From Eledone cirrhosa (Eukaryota): 64,000 bases of DNA. Under the pieces are notes generated by a model that ran no database searches, was not told where the DNA came from, and saw only the letters and a program-made list of their open reading frames with translations. Of the stretch, positions 15,836 through 30,039 are shown piece after piece. Location: contig OZ024752.1 of NCBI GenBank assembly GCA_964016885.1, positions 29,326,001 through 29,390,000 on the forward strand. Reading direction: 5' to 3'. Numbering within the stretch: position 1 is the first letter of the stretch; each line of letters starts with the position of its first letter. Made by a program: the position numbers and the translations under genes.

Positions 15836-18800
15836 CAGTAGGTAGAGTTTATCATGTCAAAAGTACTAGAGAGGTAGAGTTTATCATGTCACCAGCACTA
15901 CAGTACGTAGAGTTTATCATGTCACCAGCACTAGAGAGGTAGAGTTTATCATGACACCAGCAGTACAGTAGGTAGAGTTTATCATGACACCAGCACTACA
16001 GAGGTAGAGTTTATCATGTCACCAGGACTAGAGAGGTAGAGTTTATCATCTCACCAGCACTAGAGAGGTAGAGTTTATCATGTCACCAGCACTACAGTAG
16101 GTAGTGTTTATCATGTCACCAGGACTAGAGAGGTAGAGTTTATCATCTCACCAGCACTAGAGAGGTAGAGTTTATCATGTCACCAGCACTAGAGAGGTAG
16201 AGTTTATCATGTCACCACCACTAGAGAGGTAGTGTTTATCATGTCACCAGTACTACAGTAGGTAGTGTTTATCATGACACCAGCACTACAGTAGGTAGTT
16301 TATCATGTCACCAGCACTAGAGAGGTAGAGCTTATCATGTCACCAGCACGAGAGAGGTAGAGTTTATCATGACACCAGCACTACAGTAGGTAGAGTTTAT
16401 CATGTCACCAGCACTACAGTAGGTAGAGTTTATCATGTCACCAGCACTAGAGAGGTAGAGTTTATCATGACACCAGCAGTACAGTAGGTAGAATTTATCA
16501 TGTCACCAGCACAACAGTAGGTAGTTTATCAAGTCACAAGCATTAGAGAGGTAGAGTTTATCATGTCACCAGCACTACAGTAGGTAGAGTTTATCATGTC
16601 ACCAGCACTAGAGAGGTAGAGTTTATCATGTCACCAGCACTAGAGAGGTAGAGTTTATCATGACCCCAGCAGTACAGAAGGTAGAGTTTATCATGACACC
16701 AGCACTACAGAGGTAGATTTTATCATGTCACCAGCACTACAGTAGGTAGTTTATCATGTCACCAGCACTAGAGAGGTAGAGTTTATCATGACACCAGCAG
16801 TACAGTAGGTAGAGTTTATCATGACACCAGCACTAGAGAGGTAGAGTTTATCATGACACCAGCACTACAGTAGGTAGAGTTTATAATGTCACCAGCACTA
16901 GAGAGGTTGAGTTTATCGTCACCAGCACTAGAGAGGTCGAGTGTATCATGTCACCAGCACTACAGTAGGTAGTTTATCATGTCACCAGCACTAGAGAGGT
17001 AGAGTTTATCATGACACCAGCAGTACAGTAGGTAGAGTTTATCATGACACCAGCACTAGAGAGGTAGAGCTTATCATGTCACCAGCACTACAGTAGGTAG
17101 AGTTTATCATGTCACCAGCACTAGAGAGGTAGAGTTTATCATGACACCAGCACTACAGTAGGTAGAGTTTATCATGTCACCAGCACTACAGTAGGTAGAG
17201 TTTATCATGTCACCAGCACTAGAGAGGTAGAGTTTATCATGACACCAGCAGTACAGTAGGTAGAATTTATCATGTCACCAGCACAACAGTAGGTAGTTTA
17301 TCATGTCACCAGCACTAGAGAGGTAGAGTTTATCATGTCACCAGCACTACAGTAGGTAGAGTTTATCATGTCACCAGCACTAGAGAGGTAGAGTTTATCA
17401 TGTCACCAGCACTAGAGAGGTAGAGTTTATCATGACACCAGCAGTACAGTAGGTAGAGTTTATCATGACACCAGCACTAGAGAGGTAGAGTTTATCATGA
17501 CACCAGCACTACAGTAGGTAGAGTTTATCATGTCACCAGCACTAGAGAGGTTGAGTTTATCGTCACCAGCACTAGAGAGGTAGAGTTTATCATATCACCA
17601 ATACTAGAGAGGTAAAGTTTATCATGACCCCAGCAGTACAGAAGGTAGAGTTTATCATGACACCAGCACTACAGTAGGTACAGTTTATCATGTCACCAGC
17701 ACTAGAGAGGTAGTGTTTATCATGTCACCAGTACTACAGTAGGTAGTTTTTATCATGACACCAGCACTACAGTAGGTAGTTTATCATGTCACCAGCACTA
17801 GAGAGGTAGAGCTTATCATGTCACCAGCACGAGAGAGGTAGAGTTTATCATGTCACCAGCACTACAGTAGGTAGTTTATCATGTCACCAGCACTAGATGT
17901 AGAGTGTATCATGTCACCAGCACTAGAGAGGTAGAGTTTATCATGTCACCAGCACTACAGTAGGTAGAGTTTATCATGTCACCAGCACTAGAGAGGTAGA
18001 GTTCATCATGTCACCAGCAGTACAGTAGGTAGTTTATAATGTCACCAGCACTAGAGAGGTAGAGCTTATCATGACACCAGCACTACAGTAGGTAGTGTTT
18101 ATCATGTTACCAGCACTACAGTAGGTAGTGTTTATCATGTCACCAGCACAAGAGAGGTAGAGTTTATCATGTCACCAGCACTAGAGAGGTAGAGTTTATC
18201 ATGACACCAGCAGTACAGTAGGTAGTGCTTATCATGACACCAGCACTACAGTAGGTAGTTTATAATGTCACCAGCACTACAGTAGGTAGAGTTTATCATG
18301 TCACCAGCACTACAGTAGGTAGTTTATAATGTCACCAGCACTACAGTAGGTAGAGTTTATCATGTGACCAGCACTACAGTAGGTAGTTTATAATGTCACC
18401 AGCACTAGAGAGGTAGAGTTTATCATGTCACCAGCACTAGAGAGGTAGAGTTTATCATGTCACCAGCACTACAGTAGGTAGAGTTTATCATGTCACCAGC
18501 ACTACAGTAGGTAGTGTTTATCATGTCCCCAGCACTAGAGAGGTAGAGTTTATCATGTCACCAGCACTAGAGAGGTAGAGTTTATCATGTCACCAGCACT
18601 ACAGTAGGTAGTGTTTATCATGACACCAGCACTACTGTAGGTAGTTTATCATGTCACCAGCACTAGAGGTAGAGTTTATCATGTCACCAGCACTAGAGAG
18701 GTAGAGTTTATCATGTCACCAGCACTACAGTAGGTAGAGTTTATCATGTCACCAGCACTAGAGAGGTAGTGTTTATCATGTCACCAATACTAGAGAGGTA

Positions 18801-21371
18801 GAGTTTATCATGACACCAGCACTAGAGAGGTTAGTGTTTATCATGTCACCAGCACTACAGTAGGTAGTGTTTATCATGTCACCAGCACTAGAGAGGTAGA
18901 GTTTATCATGACACCAGCACTAGAGAGGTCGAGTGTATCATGTCACCAGCACTACAGTAGGTAGTTTATCATGTCACCAGCACTAGAGAGGTAGCGTTTA
19001 TCATGACACCAGCAGTACAGTAGGTAGAGTTTATCATGACACCAGCACTAGAGAGGTAGAGTTTATCATGACACCAGCACTACAGTAGGTAGAGTTTATC
19101 ATGTCACCAGCACTAGAGAGGTTGAGTTTATCGTCACCAGCACTAGAGAGGTAGAGTTTATCATATCACCAATACTAGAGAGGTAAAGTTTATCATGACA
19201 CCAGCACTACAGTAGGTAGTGTTTATCATGTCACCAGCACTAGAGAGGTAGTTTATCATGTCACCAGCACTACAGTACGTAGAGTTTATCATGTCACCAG
19301 CACTAGAGAGGTAGAGTTTATCATGTCACCAGCACTAGAGAGGTAGAGTTTATCATGAAACCAGCACTACAGTAGGTAGTGTTTATCATGACACCAGCAG
19401 TACAGTAGGTAGTGTTTATCATGTCACCAGTACTAGAGAGGTAGAGTTTATCATGACACCAGCACTACAGTAGGTAGAGTTTATCATGTCACCAGCACTA
19501 GAGAGGTAGAGTTTATCATGTCACCAGCACTACAGTAGGTAGAGTTTATCATGTCAAAAGTACTAGAGAGGTAGAGTTTATCATGTCACCAGCACTACAG
19601 TACGTAGAGTTTATCATGTCACCAGCACTAGAGAGGTAGAGTTTATCATGACACCAGCAGTACAGTAGGTAGAGTTTATCATGACACCAGCACTACAGAG
19701 GTAGAGTTTATCATGTCACCAGGACTAGAGAGGTAGAGTTTATCATCTCACCAGCACTAGAGAGGTAGAGTTTATCATGTCACCAGCACTACAGTAGGTA
19801 GTGTTTATCATGTCACCAGGACTAGAGAGGTAGAGTTTATCATCTCACCAGCACTAGAGAGGTAGAGTTTATCATGTCACCAGCACTAGAGAGGTAGAGT
19901 TTATCATGTCACCACCACTAGAGAGGTAGTGTTTATCATGTCACCAGTACTACAGTAGGTAGTGTTTATCATGACACCAGCACTACAGTAGGTAGTTTAT
20001 CATGTCACCAGCACTAGAGAGGTAGAGCTTATCATGTCACCAGCACGAGAGAGGTAGAGTTTATCATGACACCAGCACTACAGTAGGTAGAGTTTATCAT
20101 GTCACCAGCACTACAGTAGGTAGAGTTTATCATGTCACCAGCACTAGAGAGGTAGAGTTTATCATGACACCAGCAGTACAGTAGGTAGAATTTATCATGT
20201 CACCAGCACAACAGTAGGTAGTTTATCAAGTCACAAGCACTAGAGAGGTAGAGTTTATCATGTCACCAGCACTACAGTAGGTAGAGTTTATCATGTCACC
20301 AGCACTAGAGAGGTAGAGTTTATCATGTCACCAGCACTAGAGAGGTAGAGTTTATCATGACCCCAGCAGTACAGAAGGTAGAGTTTATCATGACACCAGC
20401 ACTACAGAGGTAGATTTTATCATGTCACCAGCACTACAGTAGGTAGTTTATCATGTCACCAGCACTAGAGAGGTAGAGTTTATCATGACACCAGCAGTAC
20501 AGTAGGTAGAGTTTATCATGACACCAGCACTAGAGAGGTAGAGTTTATCATGACACCAGCACTACAGTAGGTAGAGTTTATAATGTCACCAGCACTAGAG
20601 AGGTTGAGTTTATCGTCACCAGCACTAGAGAGGTCGAGTGTATCATGTCACCAGCACTACAGTAGGTAGTTTATCATGTCACCAGCACTAGAGAGGTAGA
20701 GTTTATCATGACACCAGCAGTACAGTAGGTAGAGTTTATCATGACACCAGCACTAGAGAGGTAGAGCTTATCATGTCACCAGCACTACAGTAGGTAGAGT
20801 TTATCATGTCACCAGCACTAGAGAGGTAGAGTTTATCATGACACCAGCACTACAGTAGGTAGAGTTTATCATGTCACCAGCACTACAGTAGGTAGAGTTT
20901 ATCATGTCACCAGCACTAGAGAGGTAGAGTTTATCATGACACCAGCAGTACAGTAGGTAGAATTTATCATGTCACCAGCACAACAGTAGGTAGTTTATCA
21001 TGTCACCAGCACTAGAGAGGTAGAGTTTATCATGTCACCAGCACTACAGTAGGTAGAGTTTATCATGTCACCAGCACTAGAGAGGTAGAGTTTATCATGT
21101 CACCAGCACTAGAGAGGTAGAGTTTATCATGACACCAGCAGTACAGTAGGTAGAGTTTATCATGACACCAGCACTAGAGAGGTAGAGTTTATCATGACAC
21201 CAGCACTACAGTAGGTAGAGTTTATCATGTCACCAGCACTAGAGAGGTTGAGTTTATCGTCACCAGCACTAGAGAGGTAGAGTTTATCATATCACCAATA
21301 CTAGAGAGGTAAAGTTTATCATGACCCCAGCAGTACAGAAGGTAGAGTTTATCATGACACCAGCACTACAG
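14004..21371 (+). repeat. Tandem higher-order duplication, offset 3697 bp (about 14004-17674 vs 17701-21371)
   Basis: Constant offset of 3697 for AGGTAGTTTT (14044/17741), TTATCATGTCCCC (14821/18518), GTCAAAAGTACT (15856/19553) and AAGTCACAAG (16531/20228). Confidence 0.92.
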
Positions 21372-24300
21372 AGGTAGATTTTATCATGTCACCAGCACTA
21401 CAGTAGGTAGTTTATCATGTCACCAGCACTAGAGAGGTAGAGTTTATCATGACACCAGCAGTACAGTAGGTAGAGTTTATCATGACACCAGCACTAGAGA
21501 GGTAGAGTTTATCATGACACCAGCACTACAGTAGGTAGAGTTTATCATGTCACCAGCACTAGAGAGGTTGAGTTTATCGTCACCAGCACTAGAGAGGTAG
21601 AGTTTATCATATCACCAATACTAGAGAGGTAAAGTTTATCATGACACCAGCACTACAGTAGGTAGTGTTTATCATGTCACCAGCACTAGAGAGGTAGAGT
21701 TTATCATGTCACCAGCACTACAGTACGTAGAGTTTATCATGTCACCAGCACTAGAGAGGTAGAGTTTATCATGTCACCAGCACTAGAGAGGTAGAGTTTA
21801 TCATGTCACCAGCACTAGAGAGGTAGAGTTTATCATGAAACCAGCACTACAGTAGGTAGTGTTTATCATGACACCAGCAGTACAGTAGGTAGTGTTTATC
21901 ATGTCACCAGTACTAGAGAGGTAGAGTTTATCATGACACCAGCACTACAGTAGGTAGAGTTTATCATGTCACCATCACTAGAGAGGTAGAGTTTATCATG
22001 TCACCAGCACTAGAGAGGTAGAGTTTATCATGTCACCACCACTAGAGAGGTAGTGTTTATCATGTCACCAGTACTACAGTAGGTAGTGTTTATCAAGACA
22101 CCAGCACTACAGTACGTAGAGTTTATCATGTCACCAGCACTAGAGAGGTAGAGCTTATCATGTCACCAGCACGAGAGAGGTAGAGTTCATCATGTCACCA
22201 GCACTACAGTAGGTAGTTTATCATGTCACCAGCACTAGATGTAGAGTGTATCATGTCACCAGCACTAGAGAGGTAGAGTTTATCATGACACCAGCACTAC
22301 AGTACGTAGAGTTTATCATGTCACCAGCACTAGAGAGGTAGAGTTTATCATGTCACCAGCACTACAGTAGGTAGAGTTTATCATGTCACCAGCACTAGAG
22401 AGGTAGAATTTATCATGTCACCAGCACTACAGTAGGTAGAGTTTATCATGTCACCAGCACTAGAGAGGTAGAGTTCATCATGTCACCAGCAGTACAGTAG
22501 GTAGTTTATAATGTCACCAGCACTAGAGAGGTAGAGCTTATCATGACACCAGCACTACAGTAGGTAGTGTTTATCATGTTACCAGCACTACAGTAGGTAG
22601 TGTTTATCATGTCACCAGCACAAGAGAGGTAGAGTTTATCATGACACCAGCAGTACAGTAGGTAGTGCTTATCATGACACCAGCACTACAGTAGGTAGTT
22701 TATAATGTCACCAGCACTACAGTAGGTAGAGTTTATCATGTCACCAGCACTACAGTAGGTAGTTTATAATGTCACCAGCACTACAGTAGGTAGAGTTTAT
22801 CATGTCACCAGCACTACAGTAGGTAGTTTATAATGTCACCAGCACTAGAGAGGTAGAGTTTATCATGTCACCAGCACTAGAGAGGTAGTGTTTATCATGT
22901 CACCAGCACTACAGTAGGTAGAGTTTATCATGTCACCAGCACTACAGTAGGTAGTTTATAATGTCACCAGCACTACAGTAGGTAGAGTTTATCATGTCAC
23001 CAGCACTACAGTAGGTAGTTTATAATGTCACCAGCACTAGAGAGGTAGAGTTTATCATGTCACCAGCACTAGAGAGGTAGTGTTTATCATGTCACCAGCA
23101 CTACAGTAGGTAGAGTTTATCATGTCACCAGCACTACAGTAGGTAGTGTTTATCATGTCACCAGCACTAGAGAGGTAGAGTTTATCATGTCACCAGCACT
23201 AGAGAGGTAGAGTTTATCATGTCACCAGCACTACAGTAGGTAGTGTTTATCATGACACCAGCACTACAGTAGGTAGTTTATCATGTCACCAGCACTAGAG
23301 GTAGAGTTTATCATGTCACCAGCACTAGAGAGGTAGAGTTTATCATGTCACCAGCACTACAGTAGGTAGAGTTTATCATGTCACCAGCACTAGAGAGGTA
23401 GTGTTTATCATGTCACCAATACTAGAGAGGTAGAGTTTATCATGACACCAGCACTAGAGAGGTTAGTGTTTATCATGTCACCAGCACTACAGTAGGTAGT
23501 GTTTATCATGTCACCAGCACTAGAGAGGTAGAGTTTATCATGACACCAGCACTAGAGAGGTCGAGTGTATCATGTCACCAGCACTACAGTAGGTAGTTTA
23601 TCATGTCACCAGCACTAGAGAGGTAGAGTTTATCATAACACCAGCAGTACAGTAGGTAGAGTTTATCATGACACCAGCACTAGAGAGGTAGAGTTTATCA
23701 TGACACCAGCACTACAGTAGGTAGAGTTTATCATGTCACCAGCACTAGAGAGGTTGAGTTTATCGTCACCAGCACTAGAGAGGTAGAGTTTATCATATCA
23801 CCAATACTAGAGAGGTAAAGTTTATCATGACACCAGCACTACAGTAGGTAGAGTTTATCATGTCACCAGCACTAGAGAGGTAGTTTATCATGTCACCAGC
23901 ACTACAGTACGTAGAGTTTATCATGTCACCAGCACTAGAGAGGTAGAGTTTATCATGTCACCAGCACTAGAGAGGTAGAGTTTATCATGAAACCAGCACT
24001 ACAGTAGGTAGTGTTTATCATGACACCAGCAGTACAGTAGGTAGTGTTTATCATGTCACCAGTACTAGAGAGGTAGAGTTTATCATGACACCAGCAGCAC
24101 TACAGTAGGTAGAGTTTATCATGTCACCAGCACTAGAGAGGTAGAGTTTATCATGTCACCAGCACTACAGTAGGTAGAGTTTATCATGTCAAAAGTACTA
24201 GAGAGGTAGAGTTTATCATGTCACCAGCACTACAGTACGTAGAGTTTATCATGTCACCAGCACTAGAGAGGTAGAGTTTATCATGACACCAGCAGTACAG

Positions 24301-27300
24301 TAGGTAGAGTTTATCATGACACCAGCACTACAGAGGTAGAGTTTATCATGTCACCAGGACTAGAGAGGTAGAGTTTATCATCTCACCAGCACTAGAGAGG
24401 TAGAGTTTATCATGGCACCAGCACTACAGTAGGTAGTGTTTATCATGTCACCAGGACTAGAGAGGTAGAGTTTATCATCTCACCAGCACTAGAGAGGTAG
24501 AGTTTATCATGTCACCAGCACTAGAGAGGTAGAGTTTATCATGACCCCAGCAGTACAGAAGGTAGAGTTTATCATGACACCAGCACTACAGAGGTAGATT
24601 TTATCATGTCACCAGCACTACAGTAGGTAGTTTATCATGTCACCAGCACTAGAGAGGTAGAGTTTATCATGACACCAGCAGTACAGTAGGTAGAGTTTAT
24701 CATGACACCAGCACTAGAGAGGTAGAGTTTATCATGACACCAGCACTACAGTAGGTAGAGTTTATCATGTCACCAGCACTAGAGAGGTTGAGTTTATCGT
24801 CACCAGCACTAGAGAGGTAGAGTTTATCATATCACCAATACTAGAGAGGTAAAGTTTATCATGACACCAGCACTACAGTAGGTAGTGTTTATCATGTCAC
24901 CAGCACTAGAGAGGTAGAGTTTATCATGTCACCAGCACTACAGTACGTAGAGTTTATCATGTCACCAGCACTAGAGAGGTAGAGTTTATCATGTCACCAG
25001 CACTAGAGAGGTAGAGTTTATCATGTCACCAGCACTAGAGAGGTAGAGTTTATCATGAAACCAGCACTACAGTAGGTAGTGTTTATCATGACACCAGCAG
25101 TACCGTAGGTAGTGTTTATCATGTCACCAGTACTAGAGAGGTAGAGTTTATCATGACACCAGCACTACAGTAGGTAGAGTTTATCATGTCACCAGCACTA
25201 GAGAGGTAGAGTTTATCATGTCACCAGCACTAGAGAGGTAGAGCTTATCATGTCAACAGCACGAGAGAGGTAGAGTTTATCATGTCACCAGCACTACAGT
25301 AGGTAGTTTATCATGTCACCAGCACTAGATGTAGAGTGTATCATGTCACCAGCACTAGAGAGGTAGAGTTTATCATGACACCAGCACTACAGTACGTAGA
25401 GTTTATCATGTCACCAGCACTAGAGAGGTAGAGTTTATCATGTCACCAGCACTACAGTAGGTAGAGTTTATCATGTCACCAGCACTAGAGAGGTAGAGTT
25501 TATCATGTCACCAGCACTAGAGAGGTAGAGTTTATCATGACACCAGCAGTACAGTAGGTAGTGCTTATCATGACACCAGCACTACAGTAGGTAGTTTATA
25601 ATGTCACCAGCACTACAGTAGGTAGAGTTTATCATGTCACCAGCACTACAGTAGGTAGTTTATAATGTCACCAGCACTACAGTAGGTAGAGTTTATCATG
25701 TCACCAGCACTACAGTAGGTAGTTTATAATGTCACCAGCACTAGAGAGGTAGAGTTTATCATGTCACCAGCACTAGAGAGGTAGAGTTTATCATGTCACC
25801 AGCACTACAGTAGGTAGAGTTTATCATGTCACCAGCACTACAGTAGGTAGTGTTTATCATGTCACCAGCACTAGAGAGGTAGAGTTTATCATGTCACCAG
25901 CACTAGAGAGGTAGAGTTTATCATGTCACCAGCACTACAGTAGGTAGTGTTTATCATGACACCAGCACTACAGTAGGTAGTTTATCATGTCACCAGCACT
26001 AGAGGTAGAGTTTATCATGTCACCAGCACTAGAGAGGTAGAGTTTATCATGTCACCAGCACTACAGTAGGTAGAGTTTATCATGTCACCAGCACTAGAGA
26101 GGTAGTGTTTATCATGTCACCAATACTAGAGAGGTAGAGTTTATCATGACACCAGCACTAGAGAGGTTAGTGTTTATCATGTCACCAGCACTACAGTAGG
26201 TAGTGTTTATCATGTTACCAGCACTAGAGAGGTAGAGTTTATCATGACACCAGCACTAGAGAGGTCGAGTGTATCATGTCACCAGCACTACAGTAGGTAG
26301 TTTATCATGTCACCAGCACTAGAGAGGTAGAGTTTATCATGACACCAGCAGTACAGTAGGTAGAGTTTATCATGACACCAGCACTAGAGAGGTAGAGTTT
26401 ATCATGACACCAGCACTACAGTAGGTAGAGTTTATCATGTCACCAGCACTAGAGAGGTTGAGTTTATCGTCACCAGCAATAGAGAGGTAGAGTTTATCAT
26501 ATCACCAATACTAGAGAGGTAAAGTTTATCATGACACCAGCACTACAGTAGGTAGTGTTTATCATGTCACCAGCACTAGAGAGGTAGTTTATCATGTCAC
26601 CAGCACTACAGTACGTAGAGTTTATCATGTCACCAGCACTTGAGAGGTAGAGTTTATCATGTCACCAGCACTAGAGAGGTAGAGTTTATCATGAAACCAG
26701 CACTACAGTAGGTAGTGTTTATCATGACACCAGCAGTACAGTAGGTAGTGTTTATCATGTCACCAGTACTAGAGAGGTAGAGTTTATCATGTCACCAGCA
26801 CTACAGTAGGTAGAGTTTATCATGTCAAAAGTACTAGAGAGGTAGAGTTTATCATGTCACCAGCACTACAGTACGTAGAGTTTATCATGTCACCAGCACT
26901 AGAGAGGTAGAGTTTATCATGACACCAGCAGTACAGTAGGTAGAGTTTATCATGACACCAGCACTACAGAGGTAGAGTTTATCATGTCACCAGCACTACA
27001 GTAGGTAGTGTTTATCATGTCACCAGGACTAGAGAGGTAGAGTTTATCATCTCACCAGCACTAGAGAGGTAGAGTTTATCATGTCACCAGCACTAGAGAG
27101 GTAGAGTTTATCATGTCACCACCACTAGAGAGGTAGTGTTTATCATGTCACCAGTACTACAGTAGGTAGTGTTTATCATGACACCAGCACTACAGTAGGT
27201 TGTTTATCATGTCACCAGCACTAGAGAGGTAGAGCTTATCATGTCACCAGCACGAGAGAGGTAGAGTTTATCATGTCACCAGCACTACAGTAGGTAGTTT

Positions 27301-30039
27301 ATCATGTCACCAGCACTAGATGTAGAGTGTATCATGTCACCAGCACTAGAGAGGTAGAGTTTATCATGTCACCAGCACTAGAGAGGTAGAGTTTATCATG
27401 TCACCAGCACTAGAGAGGTAGAGTTTATCATGTCACCAGCACTAGAGAGGTAGAGTTTATCATGTCACCAGCACTACAGTAGGTAGAGTTTATCATGTCA
27501 CCAGCACTAGAGAGGTAGAGTTTATCATGTCACCAGCAGTACAGTAGGTAGTTTATAATGTCACCAGCTCTAGAGAGGTAGAGCTTATCATGTCACCAGC
27601 ACTACAGTAGGTAGAGTTTATCATGTCACCAGCACTAGAGAGGTAGAGTTTATCATGACACCAGCACTACAGTAGGTAGAGTTTATCATGTCACCAGCAC
27701 TACAGTAGGTAGAGTTTATCATGTCACCAGCACTAGAGAGGTAGAGTTTATCATGACACCAGCAGTACAGTAGGTAGAATTTATCATGTCACCAGCACAA
27801 CAGTAGGTAGTTTATCATGTCACCAGCACTAGAGAGGTAGAGTTTATCATGTCACCAGCACTACAGTAGGTAGAGTTTATCATGTCACCAGCACTAGAGA
27901 GGTAGAGTTTATCATGTCACCAGCACTAGAGAGGTAGAGTTTATCATGACCCCAGCAGTACAGTAGGTAGAGTTTATCATGACACCAGCACTACAGAGGT
28001 AGATTTTATCATGTCACCAGCACTACAGTAGGTAGTTTATCATGTCACCAGCACTAGAGAGGTAGAGTTTATCATGACACCAGCAGTACAGTAGGTAGAG
28101 TTTATCGTGACACCAGCACTAGAGAGGTAGAGTTTATCATGACACCAGCACTACAGTAGGTAGAGTTTATCATGTCACCAGCATTAGAGAGGTTGAGTTT
28201 ATCGTCACCAGCACTAGAGAGGTAGAGTTTATCATATCACCAATACTAGAGAGGTAAAGTTTATCATGACACCAGCACTACAGTAGGTAGTGTTTATCAT
28301 GTCACCAGCACTAGAGAGGTAGAGTTTATCATGTCACCAGCACTACAGTACGTAGAGTTTATCATGTCACCAGCACTAGAGAGGTAGAGTTTATCATGTC
28401 ACCAGCACTAGAGAGGTAGAGTTTATCATGAAACCAGCACTACAGTAGGTAGTGTTTATCATGACACCAGCAGTACAGTAGGTAGTGTTTATCATGTCAC
28501 CAGTACTAGAGAGGTAGAGTTTATCATGACACCAGCACTACAGTAGGTAGAGTTTATCATGTCACCAGCACTAGAGAGGTAGAGTTTATCATGTCACCAG
28601 CACTACAGTAGGTAGAGTTTATCATGTCAAAAGTACTAGAGAGGTAGAGTTTATCATGTCACCAGCACTACAGTACGTAGAGTTTATCATGTCACCAGCA
28701 CTAGGGAGGTAGAGTTTATCATGACACCAGCAGTACAGTAGGTAGAGTTTATCATGTCACCAGCACTAGAGAGGTAGAGTTTATCATGACACGAGCACTA
28801 GAAAGGTAGAGTTTATCATGTCACCAGTACTACAGTAGGTAGTGTTTATCATGTCACCAGCACTAGAGAGGTAGAGTTTATCATGACACCAGCAGTACAG
28901 TAGGTAGAGTTTATCATGTCACCAGCACTACAGTAGGTAGTGTTTATCATGTCACCAGGACTAGAGAGGTAGAGTTTATCATCTCACCAGCACTAGAGAG
29001 GTAGAGTTTATCATGTCACCAGCACTAGAGAGGTAGAGTTTATCATGTCACCACCACTAGAGAGGTAGTGTTTATCATGTCACCAGTACTACAGTAGGTA
29101 GTGTTTATCATGACACCAGCACTACAGTAGGTAGTTTATCATGTCACCAGCACTAGAGAGGTAGAGCTTATCATGTCACCAGCACGAGAGAGGTAGAGTT
29201 TATCATGTCACCAGCACTACAGTAGGTAGTTTATCATGTCACCAGCACTAGATGTAGAGTGTATCATGTCACCAGCACTAGAGAGGTAGAGTTTATCATG
29301 ACACCAGCACTACAGTACGTAGAGTTTATCATGTCACCAGCACTAGAGAGGTAGAGTTTATCATGTCACCAGCACTAGAGAGGTAGAGTTTATCATGTCA
29401 CCAGCACTAGAGAGGTAGAGTTTATCATGTCACCAGCACTAGAGAGGTAGAGTTTATCATGTCACCAGCACTAGAGTAGGTAGAGTTTATCATGTCACCA
29501 GCACTAGAGAGGTAGAGTTTATCATGTCACCAGCACTACAGTAGGTAGAGTTTATCATGTCACCAGCACTAGAGAGGTAGAGTTTATCATGTCACCAGCA
29601 GTACAGTAGGTAGTTTATAATGTCACCAGCACTAGAGAGGTAGAGCTTATCATGACACCAGCACTACAGTAGGTAGTGTTTATCATGTTACCAGCACTAC
29701 AGTAGGTAGTGTTTATCATGTCACCAGCACAAGAGAGGTAGAGTTTATCATGTCACCAGCACTAGAGAGGTAGAGTTTATCATGTCACCAGCAGTAGAGA
29801 GGTAGAGTTTATCATGTAACCAGCACTACAGTAGGTAGTGCTTATCATGACACCAGCACTACAGTAGGTAGAGTTTATCATGTCACCAGCACTACAGTAG
29901 GTAGAGTTTATCATGTCACCAGCACTAGAGAGGTAGAGTTTATCATGTCACCAGCACTACAGTAGGTAGAGTTTATCATGTCACCAGCACTAGAGAGGTA
30001 GAGTTTATCATGACACCAGCACTACAGTAGGTAGAGTTT

